Shown piece by piece: positions 11,971 through 22,919 of a stretch of DNA of 64,000 nucleotides (positions are counted from its first letter, which is position 1; every line of letters starts with the position of its first letter). The position numbers and the translations under genes were made by a program. The stretch spans positions 14,724,330 through 14,788,329 of the forward strand of contig OZ316898.1 in the NCBI GenBank assembly GCA_973895155.1. Direction: 5' to 3'. The notes under the pieces were generated by a model that was given only the letters and a program-made list of their open reading frames with translations, did no database searches and had not been told where the DNA came from. The stretch is from Marsupella aquatica (Eukaryota; Plantae; Marchantiophyta).

Positions 11971-13276
11971 CAAATCTTAGGCAAGATAGGGTCGCTCTTA
12001 GAGCGACCCTTCAAAGACTAACTTGCATCAATTGTTGAATCATACTTACGTGGAACTGTGATATGAAATCCCCTTGAGGCGGCCAAAGCGGATTCCACCG
12101 ACATCTTTAGTAAAGTGTCTTGAGAATCATACTCAAAGATTTTACTAGAATCAAAGTTCAGGGACTGCCCAGAACTAGAAGTGCTAGTAGAATCATCAGA
12201 ACTAGAGGAAGTGGCCATTGAAAAATGCCTCACAAACGTTTAGATGACACGTGGCAGCCTAGTATACAATAACGCCTATAGCTAGACCACACCACGGAGC
12301 GAGGCTACAGAGCAAGGAAAAAAATCTACTATGAGCAAGGAAAAAAATCTACTATGAGCAAGGCAAAATCAACAGAGCGAGGCAAGAAAATCTACTATGA
12401 GCGAGGCAAGAGGGAGGAGGGAAACCAGGGCAGCCGGGCAAGAAGACAATGAAGGAGGAGATGGATGCAAGAAGACAATGAGGCAAATGAGGTAATGTCT
12501 TTGCCTTTTGCCTTCCTATACCCTCACTGCCACGGCCGATCCTACGCCACGGCCGATCGTACGCGACCTTACGCAACCAAGCCACTTGCTCCCTTCCACG
12601 TGCCTGTGAACTCGCAACCCTCATAATGACCTAGCTGTACGGGTATCCATAGATTTTGAAAAATGATGCACGGTCGTACGGGTGTCCACAGAATGCCGAT
12701 CAGAGTAATCAGACTTTCGGCCTCTCGATGTTGTGAACCCCTTCAGGACAAACTTGGCTAAAGCTTGCTCACAAATGGTATAAAGCTCTACAGTTCCAAT
12801 CATTTCTCTCTTTTGTATGGCGCGTGCGTTTCTGGTCATTGCTCACTCTCGGTCTCGCCCTTCGGCCCTTGTCTATCTTGCTTCTGTTCGGTGACTGATT
12901 CGACTGACTTGGACATTTATGGTTACAAGAGTTCGTGCAAGGAAAGTCTTGTTTCAAGTATATTGCATTAGTTTTGGTGTCCTTGGTTGGCGACACGTCT
13001 TCTATAGTCCTTAAGAGAGGTATTACTTCATCTACCATTCTCTTAATTTCTTCTCTATGATATCCACCAAATATTTGGCCCTAGCTTTATCTTAATATAT
13101 GGACCTAACTAAGCCCTAGATAATGTAGGGTTCCTAACGACACACTCGTCTACCCACACGTCTACACACTTCAATGGTCTAATTCAGCTTAATCATTCCC
13201 CTGATTTATTCATTTCCATATTTTCTCTTTTCCTTCACAATTCTTGCTTCTCCAGGATTGTGCTCGTCTTTTCTTG

Positions 13277-13715
13277 CTCTCCCCTTGCCTCGCTCCAAGA
13301 GCGTCATGCCCTTGCCTCGCTCCAAGAGCGTCATACACTTACCTTTCATCAGGAGCATCCTGCCCTTTCTTTTCTCCAAGGGCATCCGCTCTCCATTGCC
13401 TCGCCATCAGAGCGTCCCTCAACCGCCTCACCCCTAGAGCGACCCTCCATCGCCTAGCCCCTAGAGCGACCCTCATTCACCTTGCCCCTAGAGCGTCTCT
13501 CCATCGCCTCGCCCCTAGAGCGACCCTCATTCACCTCGCCCCTAGAGCGTCCCTCCATCACCTCGCCTCTAGAGCGACCCTCCATTGCCTCGCCCCTAGA
13601 GCGACCCTCCATCGCCTCGCCCCTAGAGCGACCCTCCATCGCCTCGCCCCTAGAGCATCCCTCAATCGCCTCGCCCCTAGAGCGTCGCAACCTTGCCTCG
13701 CTCCAAGAGCATCCC
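13277..13715. repeat. 27-bp minisatellite (~16 degenerate units) carrying TCGCCCCTAGAGCGA, upstream of the transposase
   Basis: Unit ccatcgcctcgcccctagagcgaccct; it translates as repeated LHRLAPRAT / PSIASPLER. Confidence 0.92.
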
Positions 13716-13893
13716 TGACCTTAGAATCCTGTTGTGTAAAGCCAATACACATAAACTACCAAATTTTTTTTTCCTATAAATAGAATTCAAATGTTTAGAT
13801 CTAATATTGTAATATCTAGAGTAGTGCTTATCAGTATGCACATCAGCTGAACAATTTTTAAATGTTTTTGGATGCAGAGATCCTTTCGCTACC

Positions 13894-16800
13894 ATGAGTA
13901 AATTTATGCGAGGGGATGAAGTTTCATTGATAATTGATGGTTTTGAAGTGGCAATTGGGACCATCCAAAAGGTTGATCCCAAAGACACTATACACAATAT
14001 TTGTCTTGGGAAAAATCGAATTGGGGTCCTTATCGAGAGGTGTCTTGAAACATCTTGTCCACTACCATTTCCATCCAAAACATCATCGAGCCTAGGTGAT
14101 GCAGTTGACTCGTGTGTGATCTGGGATTCTTCCTTGGCATATTTGAGGTCTTCAACATTGCCGAAAAGAACCGCTGTGGATGGTGTTCCTACTCCAGTGG
14201 ACGGGGATGAAGGATGTTCCGAAATGGATGTTGGTGGTAAAGGAGGCAACCTTGCTGAAGGAGAGGAGGTTGAGATGTTCATTTTAGATGAACTTGTATC
14301 AAAAGGAGTTGTCTTCAATACCAATCCAATGGACACTTGTCATAGTGAACGACTCGGTGTTGGCCGTGTCAGTATACAAATATCAGAGGTTGTTCAGGGA
14401 AATAGAAAATTACCGTATCCGCATCCTGGAGCTGACACAGTGCAAGAGGCAATGCAGACTTGGGTAATGTGGGATGTTGCTGATGTTTCAAGAAAAGGCT
14501 CTATTCGAGGTTCTGGCATGTTTGTTGGTGCAAACCCGGGTGCAAACCTGTTTAAGGATCTTCCATTGAAAGATTTTACAATGCGTTCCAACTGGATGGC
14601 AGAGGAAGTTGACTTGTATGATGTTTCTCATTGTCGTAAGGTTGCGACAGGGGTTATCACAGTTCCTTTTGAAGCAGGTGCTGTTGATGATGAACTTCTT
14701 GGTCCAGAGCATGTGGGTGTAGCTGTTGTGAATATCAACGATCCCGCATTATTTCCAAATATCCGTGCTGGTACTCCAGGTTTGGTGAGGTGGGAAATCA
14801 AATCTTTGTTGTTGATTTCATCTCAAATGTTTCTCGGGGATATCCTTGAGAAAGGTTCACATGTGTGGATAGAATCGGGTCGAAATGAGAGCGACCCGGA
14901 TTTGGATGGTGATGGGAAACCTCCAAAAAGACCTTATAATTTCATTAGAAGGACCAAAGTGGATCTGGAGGAGAAAAAAAAAACATTTGCAATCAAGGGC
15001 GCTTTTGAAAATCACCGATGAGTCCATTGATTCCATCCAAAGAGAAGGTTGTTGCAGGTTAAAGTGTTGCTTGAACATGCCAAGAGAGGACTTGGAGGCA
15101 ATGAGGAGGGAATTTCATGGAATGTCAAGTGACAACAAAACAAGTCATATCTTCAATCTTTTTGGGTGTAGAGAAGACCAAGTCAAGAGAAAAGGATTTT
15201 TTGTTCTAAAGGGACGTGTGGTTTGTAAGGATGCGTTCATAAAAATGCATGGGTTTAGTACGGCAAAGTATTATGATTACAAAAATCAGTACGAAGCTGG
15301 GTGCACAATTGGTTTCCATGGAAATCAAGGGCAACATAAGACACGATCAAGCACCTTGCATGCTCGTGCATTGTTGGAGTCCATTTTAATCCAAAATGGA
15401 GAACCAATGCCACATCTTCCCTATGGTGGGTCCAACGGCACCGATACTGTTGAATATCGACTCCCATCATGTTTCACTAAGAAGGAGATTTTTCAAGAGG
15501 TATTTGCAAAGATGGAATTGGACGGCTATGCTAAGGTTACTGAAGTTACCATGTACAACATCTGGAAAAATTCTTTTGATAATTTTGACTTTCACAAGGG
15601 CAGTGCATTTGCCAAGTGCACATTTTGCACTGAGTTCAAAGATCAATTGATGCGAGAGAAGAGAAAAAAAGAGCGTGCACAGATTGAAGAGAAAAGAGCA
15701 CGACATCTTCGTGAACAAATGTCAAGGAGATATGTTTACTATGCTCATAGGGTTCTTGCAAAGAAGGATCCTCAAAACTATCTTTGCATTATTCATGATA
15801 AGATGGACCAAGCCAAGACTTGGATCCCCAGATTGGTCCCCACTCCAAAATCTCTCTCTGGTAGTGGTCAACCTCTGCCCATTGCCCTTACTGGGATGTT
15901 AACCCATGGAAGGGATCCAGGAGTGTATGCACACTTTAGTTTGACTGGCCTTTGGCCTGGAGATGCAGACTTCACTGTGACATCTTTGGCCAAATGCCTT
16001 CGAGATTTGGAGGATTACACTGGAGACAAAACGGGAGACATGCTTGAAGCTTTCAATTGGAACGCAACTAGGCCAATATTTCAGTCTCTTTTGGACTTTG
16101 AAGCATTTCAAGCGGGTTACTTGGAACCCAAAAATGTTTCAATTCTCAAGTTTCAAGGCCTTGATGACGGTCAGGAGAGCCAAAAAACCAGCACAACAGA
16201 TGCTGGTTCTAGAGTTGATCCTGAGACTACGAGCTCTTTCAAGCCCTTACCAAGGCACCTAACATTGCAGATGGACAATTCAGGAAAAGATAATAAAAAT
16301 CAATATGTGATGGCATTTTGCAGCGAGCTTGTTAGCAGGGGGTGTTTGAAACTATGCAAATGTGATTCCTCATGGTTGGCCACACCCATGAGGATGTGGA
16401 TGCACTATTTTCTCAAGTATCCAAACAGGTCAGGTACAAAGAGGTTGCTACCCTCCTTGCGTTGATGGCTGAGGTTTGGGAGTGTGAAAGCATCCATCCC
16501 GTACCACGATTGATTCAGGAGGTTGCATCTTACAAGCACTACTTGAAGGCTTTCCAAGTGAAAGAGATTGAAGGTCACTCAAAACCAGTGGCATTTCTAT
16601 TCTCCATGAGGGATAATGTGCCAGTGTATCAATATAAAGCACATGTCAAACAACCTTGGCTTCCAGCAACAGGGAGGTCAATTTGGAGAACTGATCTCAT
16701 CACAAACACGCTCATTTTACCGGAGGGCCAACCATTTGCAAAACCTATATCGGGGGAGGTACAAAAGAAAGCCGAGGAAATCATCCCATTCCTTAATCGT

Positions 16801-17627
16801 TACATTGATTTCTTGAGGAAAAGTTGCAAGGATGAGACCTCTGCAACATACCGCGAGAGATTTCCTTTGGTGAAATATTGGGAGAGGCTTGTTATGGCAC
16901 TCTCTGAGGCACTTACAATAGAAGGGGAGGGAGAAAGACAATTGTCATTGACAACTGATTTCTGGCCAAAGACTAACCATGGCACAGGTTACAAGGTGAT
17001 TTTGGGGACCTCTCAACCTTCAAGTGAACCTACTCAAAATTCAGAGATGATGGACCTTCAAAATGAGTACATGGAAGAGATGGAAGGTCAAGCTGCACCC
17101 TTCATTGGTGCACGAGAAGAGCGAGAACTTGCACGTTGGATTCCCCTACAAGATATTCAAGAGGGTCACTTTGTGTTTTTACGTCCAGAGGATGAATGGG
17201 AGCAAAAAATGGCAAAGGGCGTTTCTGGTTAGTTCGAGCTTTGGGTGGTGTGGATCCAAACCATGAGGTTTCTTCACTAGATTTGCAATTTAGTGAAGGG
17301 TCTTCTTCAAGGTTTTCTAAGAGCATTCACCTAAGTAGCATTCCTAAGCGGTATGCTTCTATGTTCCAAGTGCAATGGTGGAGGCCTAAACATGGTAAGC
17401 ATGATGCAAAGGATGATGTTCGATACGAACGTTGCTTTCAGACCACTAAGACTTGGGAGCTAGATCCTGGGTTTAACACTATCACTCAAAGTTGGCAGTT
17501 TGCAAATTCTGCAATGTATGGGTTTAAGTCAGGTGCCAAAGAACAAAATATTATGGATAGAGGTTTGACAATTCCCAAGAATGTTTTGAAAACTCTCAAA
17601 ACTTACATGGAAGGTATTGATGAGTAG
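13894..17627 (+). pseudogene. Transposase of S (Sola-like DDE) with three N-terminal repeated domains; frameshifts at ~14980, ~16345 and ~17215
   Basis: Cys motifs (CCRLKCC, VCKDAF, KCTFC), IIHDKMDQ, LQMDNSGKDNKNQ and FLMVGHTHEDVDALFS. Four overlapping ORFs in different frames; the first shift falls in an A-run. Confidence 0.8.
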
Positions 17628-18180
17628 AGTGATAGAGTGGTCACAAGTGTCCACTATGTAATGACTTGTAGGTAGGAGGGTCAAGTTAATTTCCATGCAT
17701 TTGTCTAAAGTAAGTGAGAGAACAAGGCTTGCAATCAAATACTCTATGATCTTTCTTAGTTATTGAATGGACTTTTTGATAATTATTGTTATTTTTGTCT
17801 TAGTACATATATTTCTAGAAAATGATGGCAGTTCTAAGTTACTTGGATGTCATCCTAGTTTGAATATAAGATATTTAACTTGTCTAGCATTTCATTGTTG
17901 CTTAGATAATGATCCTATCCAAGCTAGATGTTTTGAGTATAGATGCTATCCAAGCTTATGTGTTATTACACACGTTCTATCTATTTTCAACCAAATGAAC
18001 ACTTTTTATCACCCAAATGTTTTTTTAATATTATCCAAATTAATATTTTCTTTGCCCAAATGTCTATTTTTTTGCCCCAAATTTATAATTCATGATGCTT
18101 AAATTTTCATTTTTCATCCTTCAAATTTACAATTCTTATGCCTAAAAGTGTGTTTTTAAATGCGCAAATTTCCAAATCTT

Positions 18181-18213
18181 CTTTATAATTCCACTTTTAA
18201 TGAATATAGTGAT
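18181..18213 (-). repeat. Right TIR of element S
   Basis: ctttataattccacttttaatgaatatagtgat, followed by the TSD TAAG. Confidence 0.85.
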
Positions 18214-18217
18214 TAAG

Positions 18218-19284
18218 TCTCTCCTCATGGGTAGCAGCTTGTGGGCCAAAGACATCTTCCTCCGTCAGATGGGAAATCACTTCACCATGTATACTTCATC
18301 CTCGTCCTCATCTGAGGTGACTTCTGAATCATATTGCTCCTCCATAGAGGTGGTCTCCCCTTGAGGTGACTCCGCTGACCAGGGTATGGTAATAGTGGGG
18401 GTACCAAACCGAAACTGCCATTTGCCCCAATCGCTGGTCACCTTGGCCACATACAACCATGGCCTGCAGGCCAATTAAGATGGGAAAACCGTACGGCCGA
18501 ACGGGTCGCATCACCAAATAGTTGAGGGGAAAAGATTTTCCCCCAATCATTGTTGGAATCTTGGTGAGACACCCCAACGGCACCACTCGTGCCCCATCAG
18601 CCAGCCTCATGGCACGTGCCGGTGGCTCTAACTCCGTATACCCCAACCGGTTTGCTGTCTCCTCAATCATAATGTTGACTCCCGAGCCCCCATCAACCGG
18701 TACAAACCGTATCGCACATCCGTTGATATCCACCGTGAGTTCTGGGGCACCCAAATCCTTCGTGACCCAGTTGACTTGTATGGGGTCAGCCCCAACTTTG
18801 GGTAACCTTCTTCTACGTCTCCTCCTCATAAGAATCTCCTTGACTTGGCGGCGGTAGAGGGAGCTATCACGTAGCAGTTGCCCAATCGTGGCACTGACTG
18901 GACAATCCAGAATATCTTGAGCAATGTTGTACGCAGTTGCAGGAGGTATGGGTGGGATGACCTCCTCTCCTGGTTTCCAACGAACAACCTTCTCCTCTGC
19001 TTTCTTTCTGGCCTTTGCCTCCTCCAGGTCTTTGTCAATGGCCGCTTGCATGGCTTGTGCTTCTAGCTCCTCCAGCTGCTTGCGTACCTCTTCTCCCACC
19101 TTTGGGTAGAACAACTTGGGATTGTCCCGATCAAAGTCGCTATCCTCCATAGGTGGCACCTCTGGTTCGTGTGAGGTACCCGATGTGGAAGCTTGATGCA
19201 CCTCCTTGTACTTCTGCTTGAGTTCAGACTTGCCCTTCTTCTTCTCGGATCAAGTGGAGACCCGGTAACAAGAGTAATGCCTTC
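18218..19284 (-). pseudogene. gag C-terminal linker and aspartic protease of element A
   Basis: Near identical to C nt ~28205-29260; contains VPVDGGSGVNIM; frameshift near 18465. Confidence 0.93.
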
Positions 19285-21695
19285 TGTGATGCCTAGCCAG
19301 GAATCACTAGGCCAGTTAAGTGGGGAAAATGGAGGTTTACCCTATAAACACATTAGTATAGTAACAAAAACAAGGAAAATATAAACAATTAAGGGTGACT
19401 ATGGAACCCGAGCCGAGGCCAGAGGTAAGGATGCCGGGGGAGAGAACACGATCCCGAACACGATTAGGGTTAGGGCACGCTAAGCATCGGCGGCTAGGGG
19501 TAACCAACGGGAGGAAAGACCAGAGGAGGAGAGGGGTAAGGACCGCTCGCGAGGAATGGTGGCTCATTTGCAAGCACGAACTGGGCAGACGACTACGGAA
19601 GGCCAACTACTGTCAACTACTTAGGCAAGCACTCTGGGCGGGAGTAGATACCAACGATCGAAGTCCTCAAGGAGGGTATGAGCAACGTCAATCAAGCGAC
19701 ACATTTTTGGGGATGCCTGTTCGAACGGGCAACTGAGTACATTAGGACTTACGAGGACGAAGAATCCGATAGAGCAGCTCGAGAATGGCAGGAGCTTGCT
19801 CGACTGTGGGAGCTGCATAACTCTGCCTTCTTAGGAGGAGAAATCATCAAGGCTGAGTTCTTGTGGACTCCTACTGCCAATCAGCTCGATGACCTTCTGT
19901 TTTGCGAAGACAGAATCGTCGGCATTCGGGAAGCCATCAACCGCTGCAATGATGCGCACTGGGAGTTGAAGGGTAGCACGGAGGGGTGGACGAAGGCAAC
20001 TGTGCTAGGAGAAACATCCATGACAGCCGAGATGAAGAGGAAAGGAAACAACAACGAAGAGGCCACCCCGGCAAAAAGAACAAGGTCGGCGGCACCAAGG
20101 AAGCCAGTAGAGCAGCAGAACAGGAGGCAGGGAGAAGCCGAAGAGGAGGTTGATCCCATCAATGCCATTCCAACAAAGGATGACACCTGGAAAGGCTGGG
20201 CGGCGATCCTACCAAAGGAAGTGCAATTACATTTTGCACGGGAGGAGGATGCATGCTTTACGGCCATGCAGACCAAGAAGTACCAGGGCTTCATGGCCGG
20301 ATCCGGCTTGGAAGCCTTTGTAAGATTACCATGGCTGAAGCCGGAGGTGCCGGACTCAGACTTATTAGAATTCATGGGATCATGGGAACCTGAGACCAAC
20401 TCCACGAGGGTGTATGGGAAGGATTTCTATCTCACTCCCCGAGTGATTGCCGAGGTGTTTGGCTTGCCGATGGGTAATAAGACCAAGGTTGATACCAGGA
20501 AGACCTTACCTGACAAGGAGTTCCGGTCGTTCCTAGGACCATCAATGAAGAATGGCTTCTTCCGGAACACCTGCACCAACCCGCAAATCGGAGAGATGAT
20601 CGATTTCTTGCGGGTGACCATGCATTGTAACTTGCCGAGGGCAGAGATCGGCAAGGCTTAGGTCTACCTGGCAGAAAGGCCAGACCCAAGCTGGGATTAC
20701 AACGGGTACCTCCTCAACCAACTGAAGAAGATCTTGAAGGAGGAATAGCAGGTGATCGGTGTGGGAAGCGTGTCCCGACTTGGCTATCACATGCCGCTGT
20801 TGTGCCGGTATGCCAGAAGTCAAATCTTTGCCCCAGTACTTCCCCTATCGGCAAGGGCACCGGAGGAGGTTCCGGAGCAGAGGCCGGCAACAAAAGAGCC
20901 CAACCAGCCTGCCAGTCCTACGATCGAGCAGGTGTTTCGGCCAAGGAAAGAAGACTTGCCGATGCAGCAATCAGGCATGCAGAATCTGCTGAAATTGCTG
21001 GAGAAAGAGAGAACGGCACCGGCAACGGCAACGGCACCGGTATAGGACACTGCCCCAGAGGCCGGCCTAAGCCGACTCAGGAGGGAAAACCCCTTTACCA
21101 AAGCCAAGGAGAGAAGGAGGCCGGAACACAAGCCGGGAGTTCAAATGTATGTGGGAGCCTCAAGCCCCAAATCGGAGGCAGAGCAGCCTAAGGCTCCTTC
21201 CCGCGGAAAACAGGGGGAGAGGACAGCCTGGAAACCTGAGGAGGAACCAGAGCCCGTGATCTATGAGGCCGTTTTCACGGCAGGACCAGGGGAACAGAGG
21301 GGGAAGCCGGGAGTCCAAGCAGTGGAGGAGGCGGTGGAGGACTACAGCAATGATAACTCCAGCTATGGATCGGATCATCATGTTCCAGGAATAAGGACCT
21401 GTGGCCGGTTTATCCCCACGCTTCCACGAGTAGTTCGATGGGACCCCACCCAGCAGAGTAGCCCCGAGTCTCCCCCACCAGAGGTTGCTCCCCCAAGCTT
21501 TGACGACATAAAGCAGACGGCACAAGAGTTTCAGGAGCGACTTAGGGAGGAAGAGAAAGCAGCCCTGGCTAGGGAGAAAGATTTACCAGGAGGAGATTGG
21601 CCGGAGGACATCAGGCGGCTTGGGAACAGAGGCCGTGGTGGTTGATGCCGATGACTTCTACTTACTCCACCTATGCTAAAGATAGAGCCATGGAG
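19285..21695. mobile_element. Terminal segment of another LTR retrotransposon (begins TGTGAT) inserted in gag of A; orientation uncertain
   Basis: Homology to A/C gag stops at 19284-19285 where TGTGATGCC starts. The segment carries a retrotransposon accessory ORF. No matching other end was found in the window. Confidence 0.6.
19431..21645 (+). pseudogene. Retrotransposon accessory ORF (Athila ORF / Transposase_32 / plant-mobile-domain-like), disrupted
   Basis: GLEAFVRLPW...LLEFMGSW....TRVYGKDFYLTPRVIAEVFGLP motif. In-frame TAG stops at 20659, 20746 and 21043. The start position is uncertain. Confidence 0.6.
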
Positions 21696-21699
21696 TACG

Positions 21700-21764
21700 T
21701 GGAGATTCTCGCTCCTTTAGGCTTTCCTCCTCTAAGGTTCTCTCCTCAATTGTAACTTGAAATG
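21700..21764 (-). pseudogene. Continuation of the element B integrase on the left flank of C
   Basis: Joining across the AAATG TSD reads QLEIPTF-QVTIEERTLEEESLKER, collinear with C integrase EFEVPTIRILTREREGAEESVASR. Confidence 0.8.
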
Positions 21765-22126
21765 TGTGACGGGTACCCCGTCACGGGAAGTCACACATAA
21801 CTGGTTGCAAAGGCCGATACCTTGTTAATAGTCAATGTAAATAAGCCATTTTTTAATTTTTAGTTAATTCCGTCATTATAGGTTGATGATGCCCCAGGTG
21901 ACTTTATATTCTTTCTCTCATAATAGTTCTAAGATTTGCGGCGACCTAAGTGGGCAAATATTTTGGGACCTTGAAACTAGCCAGGACCAGCCCCATAGGA
22001 CTTACCGTTTTGCTTCAAGAGCTATTGTTGAGACCCCCATTGCAAAGTCAGGAGAGGGGGGGTTTTTTTTTAAATAAATCCCTCCTCAGGAGGGCGAGTC
22101 CCATTAGTGGCCGTCCGAGAGAAAGA

Positions 22127-22496
22127 GGGGCTGCCTCGCGAGCCCATAGGGCTGCGTGCCCGGGCGATTAATGGGGCTCCGCGAGCTGAAGGGGCTGCCT
22201 CGCGAGCCCATAGGGCTGCGTGCCCGGGCAATTAATGAGGCTCCGCGAGCTGAAGGAGCGCAAGCGAGCGGGGGGGGGGAGTTAAAGGGCCTCCCGCGAG
22301 CTGGGAGGATCACGCGAGCGGGGGGGAGTTAAAGGGCCTCCCGCGAGCTGGGAGGATCACGCGAGCGGGGGGGAGTTAAAGGGCCTCCCGCGAGCTGGGA
22401 GGATCACGCGAGCGGGGGGGAGTTAAAGGGCCTCCCGCGAGCTGGGAGGATCACGCGAGCGGGGGGGAGTTGAAGGGCCTCCCGCGAGCCGGGAGG
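22127..22496 (+). repeat. U3 GC-rich repeats: 65 bp x2 then 47 bp x5 (also in LTR2 and LTR3)
   Basis: 47-bp unit gcgagcgggggggagttaaagggcctcccgcgagctgggaggatcac, with an internal CCTCCC/GGGAGG stem. Confidence 0.93.
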
Positions 22497-22919
22497 AATG
22501 GCCGCGCGCCCTGCATAGGGCCGCGCGCAGGAGGACGCAAGGGTAAGGCCCGAGAAATGGGCCGGGGCGCATGGCGAAGGCGCCAGGAGTTTTTTCGGTT
22601 CTATTTTTTTTCCTTCCTTTTTCTTTCCCTCTTCCTTTTGCACGACCCTCTCATTGCCGAAAGCAAAAACGGGGTTCTTCTCTCTCTTGCCGGAAGCTCT
22701 CTCCAGATTCTAATTATTTTTGAAGCTCTCTCTTTCATGGTGGATTAGTGGGGCTTGCTGGCGTCATTCTTCCAGGCATTAGTGGCGGCCGCACGGAGTA
22801 GTGACGGGAAATTGAGAGAATTTAAGTGATCGGGCTACGGGGGCTGTTTCGGGCCAGGGAATTGACATTGCCACGGGTGACGGGATTGGTGATTGAGAAA
22901 TTGATTTCGGGATGCATGG

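Larger units (their letters stand above)
5202..12218 (-). pseudogene. Spliced cargo gene of S: ParB-like + beta-class DNA methyltransferase-like + FCP1/NIF HAD phosphatase-like (~1700 aa reconstructed, lightly disrupted)
   Basis: Proposed exons 12218-12023, 10604-9089, 8876-6593, 6517-6422 and 6274-5202, joined by GT-AG introns whose phases all keep the frame. One frameshift at ~10100 and in-frame TGA codons at 7668 and 7122. Confidence 0.72.
4747..18213. mobile_element. Element S: 13,467-bp cut-and-paste DNA transposon with a Sola-like DDE transposase and a large cargo gene
   Basis: Imperfect TIRs: ATCACAGTATTCATTAAAACTGGAA at 4747 versus reverse complement ATCACTATATTCATTAAAAGTGGAA ending at 18213. 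4-bp TSD TAAG at 4743-4746 and 18214-18217. Removing the element restores A's frame (...HEERL-TEVPLDQG...). The superfamily call rests on transposase motifs and TSD length. Confidence 0.88.
1..19284 (-). mobile_element. Element A: degraded Ty3/gypsy (non-chromovirus, Athila-like) LTR retrotransposon of the same family as element C; split by DNA transposon S at 4747-18213 and truncated in gag at 19284
   Basis: Minus-strand ORF fragments align collinearly with the intact 2132-aa polyprotein of C: gag/protease 18218-19284 and RT-RNaseH-integrase 1488-4746, followed by PPT and an LTR start TGTGAC at 1523. Multiple stops and frameshifts. Confidence 0.93.

Noticed and set aside
10578-12014. 455-aa and 478-aa repetitive ORFs on both strands
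   Set aside because: They arise because a 60-bp unit without stops stays open in frame; the region fits better as a frame-preserving intron.
13244-13783. ORFs across the 27-bp minisatellite
   Set aside because: Open in several frames on both strands, which is a repeat artefact.
4743-18217. CACTA, Harbinger or Mariner assignment for S (TAA, TA or AA TSD readings)
   Set aside because: Only the 4-bp TAAG reading gives both a perfect TSD and matching ATCAC termini, and the transposase motifs do not fit those superfamilies.
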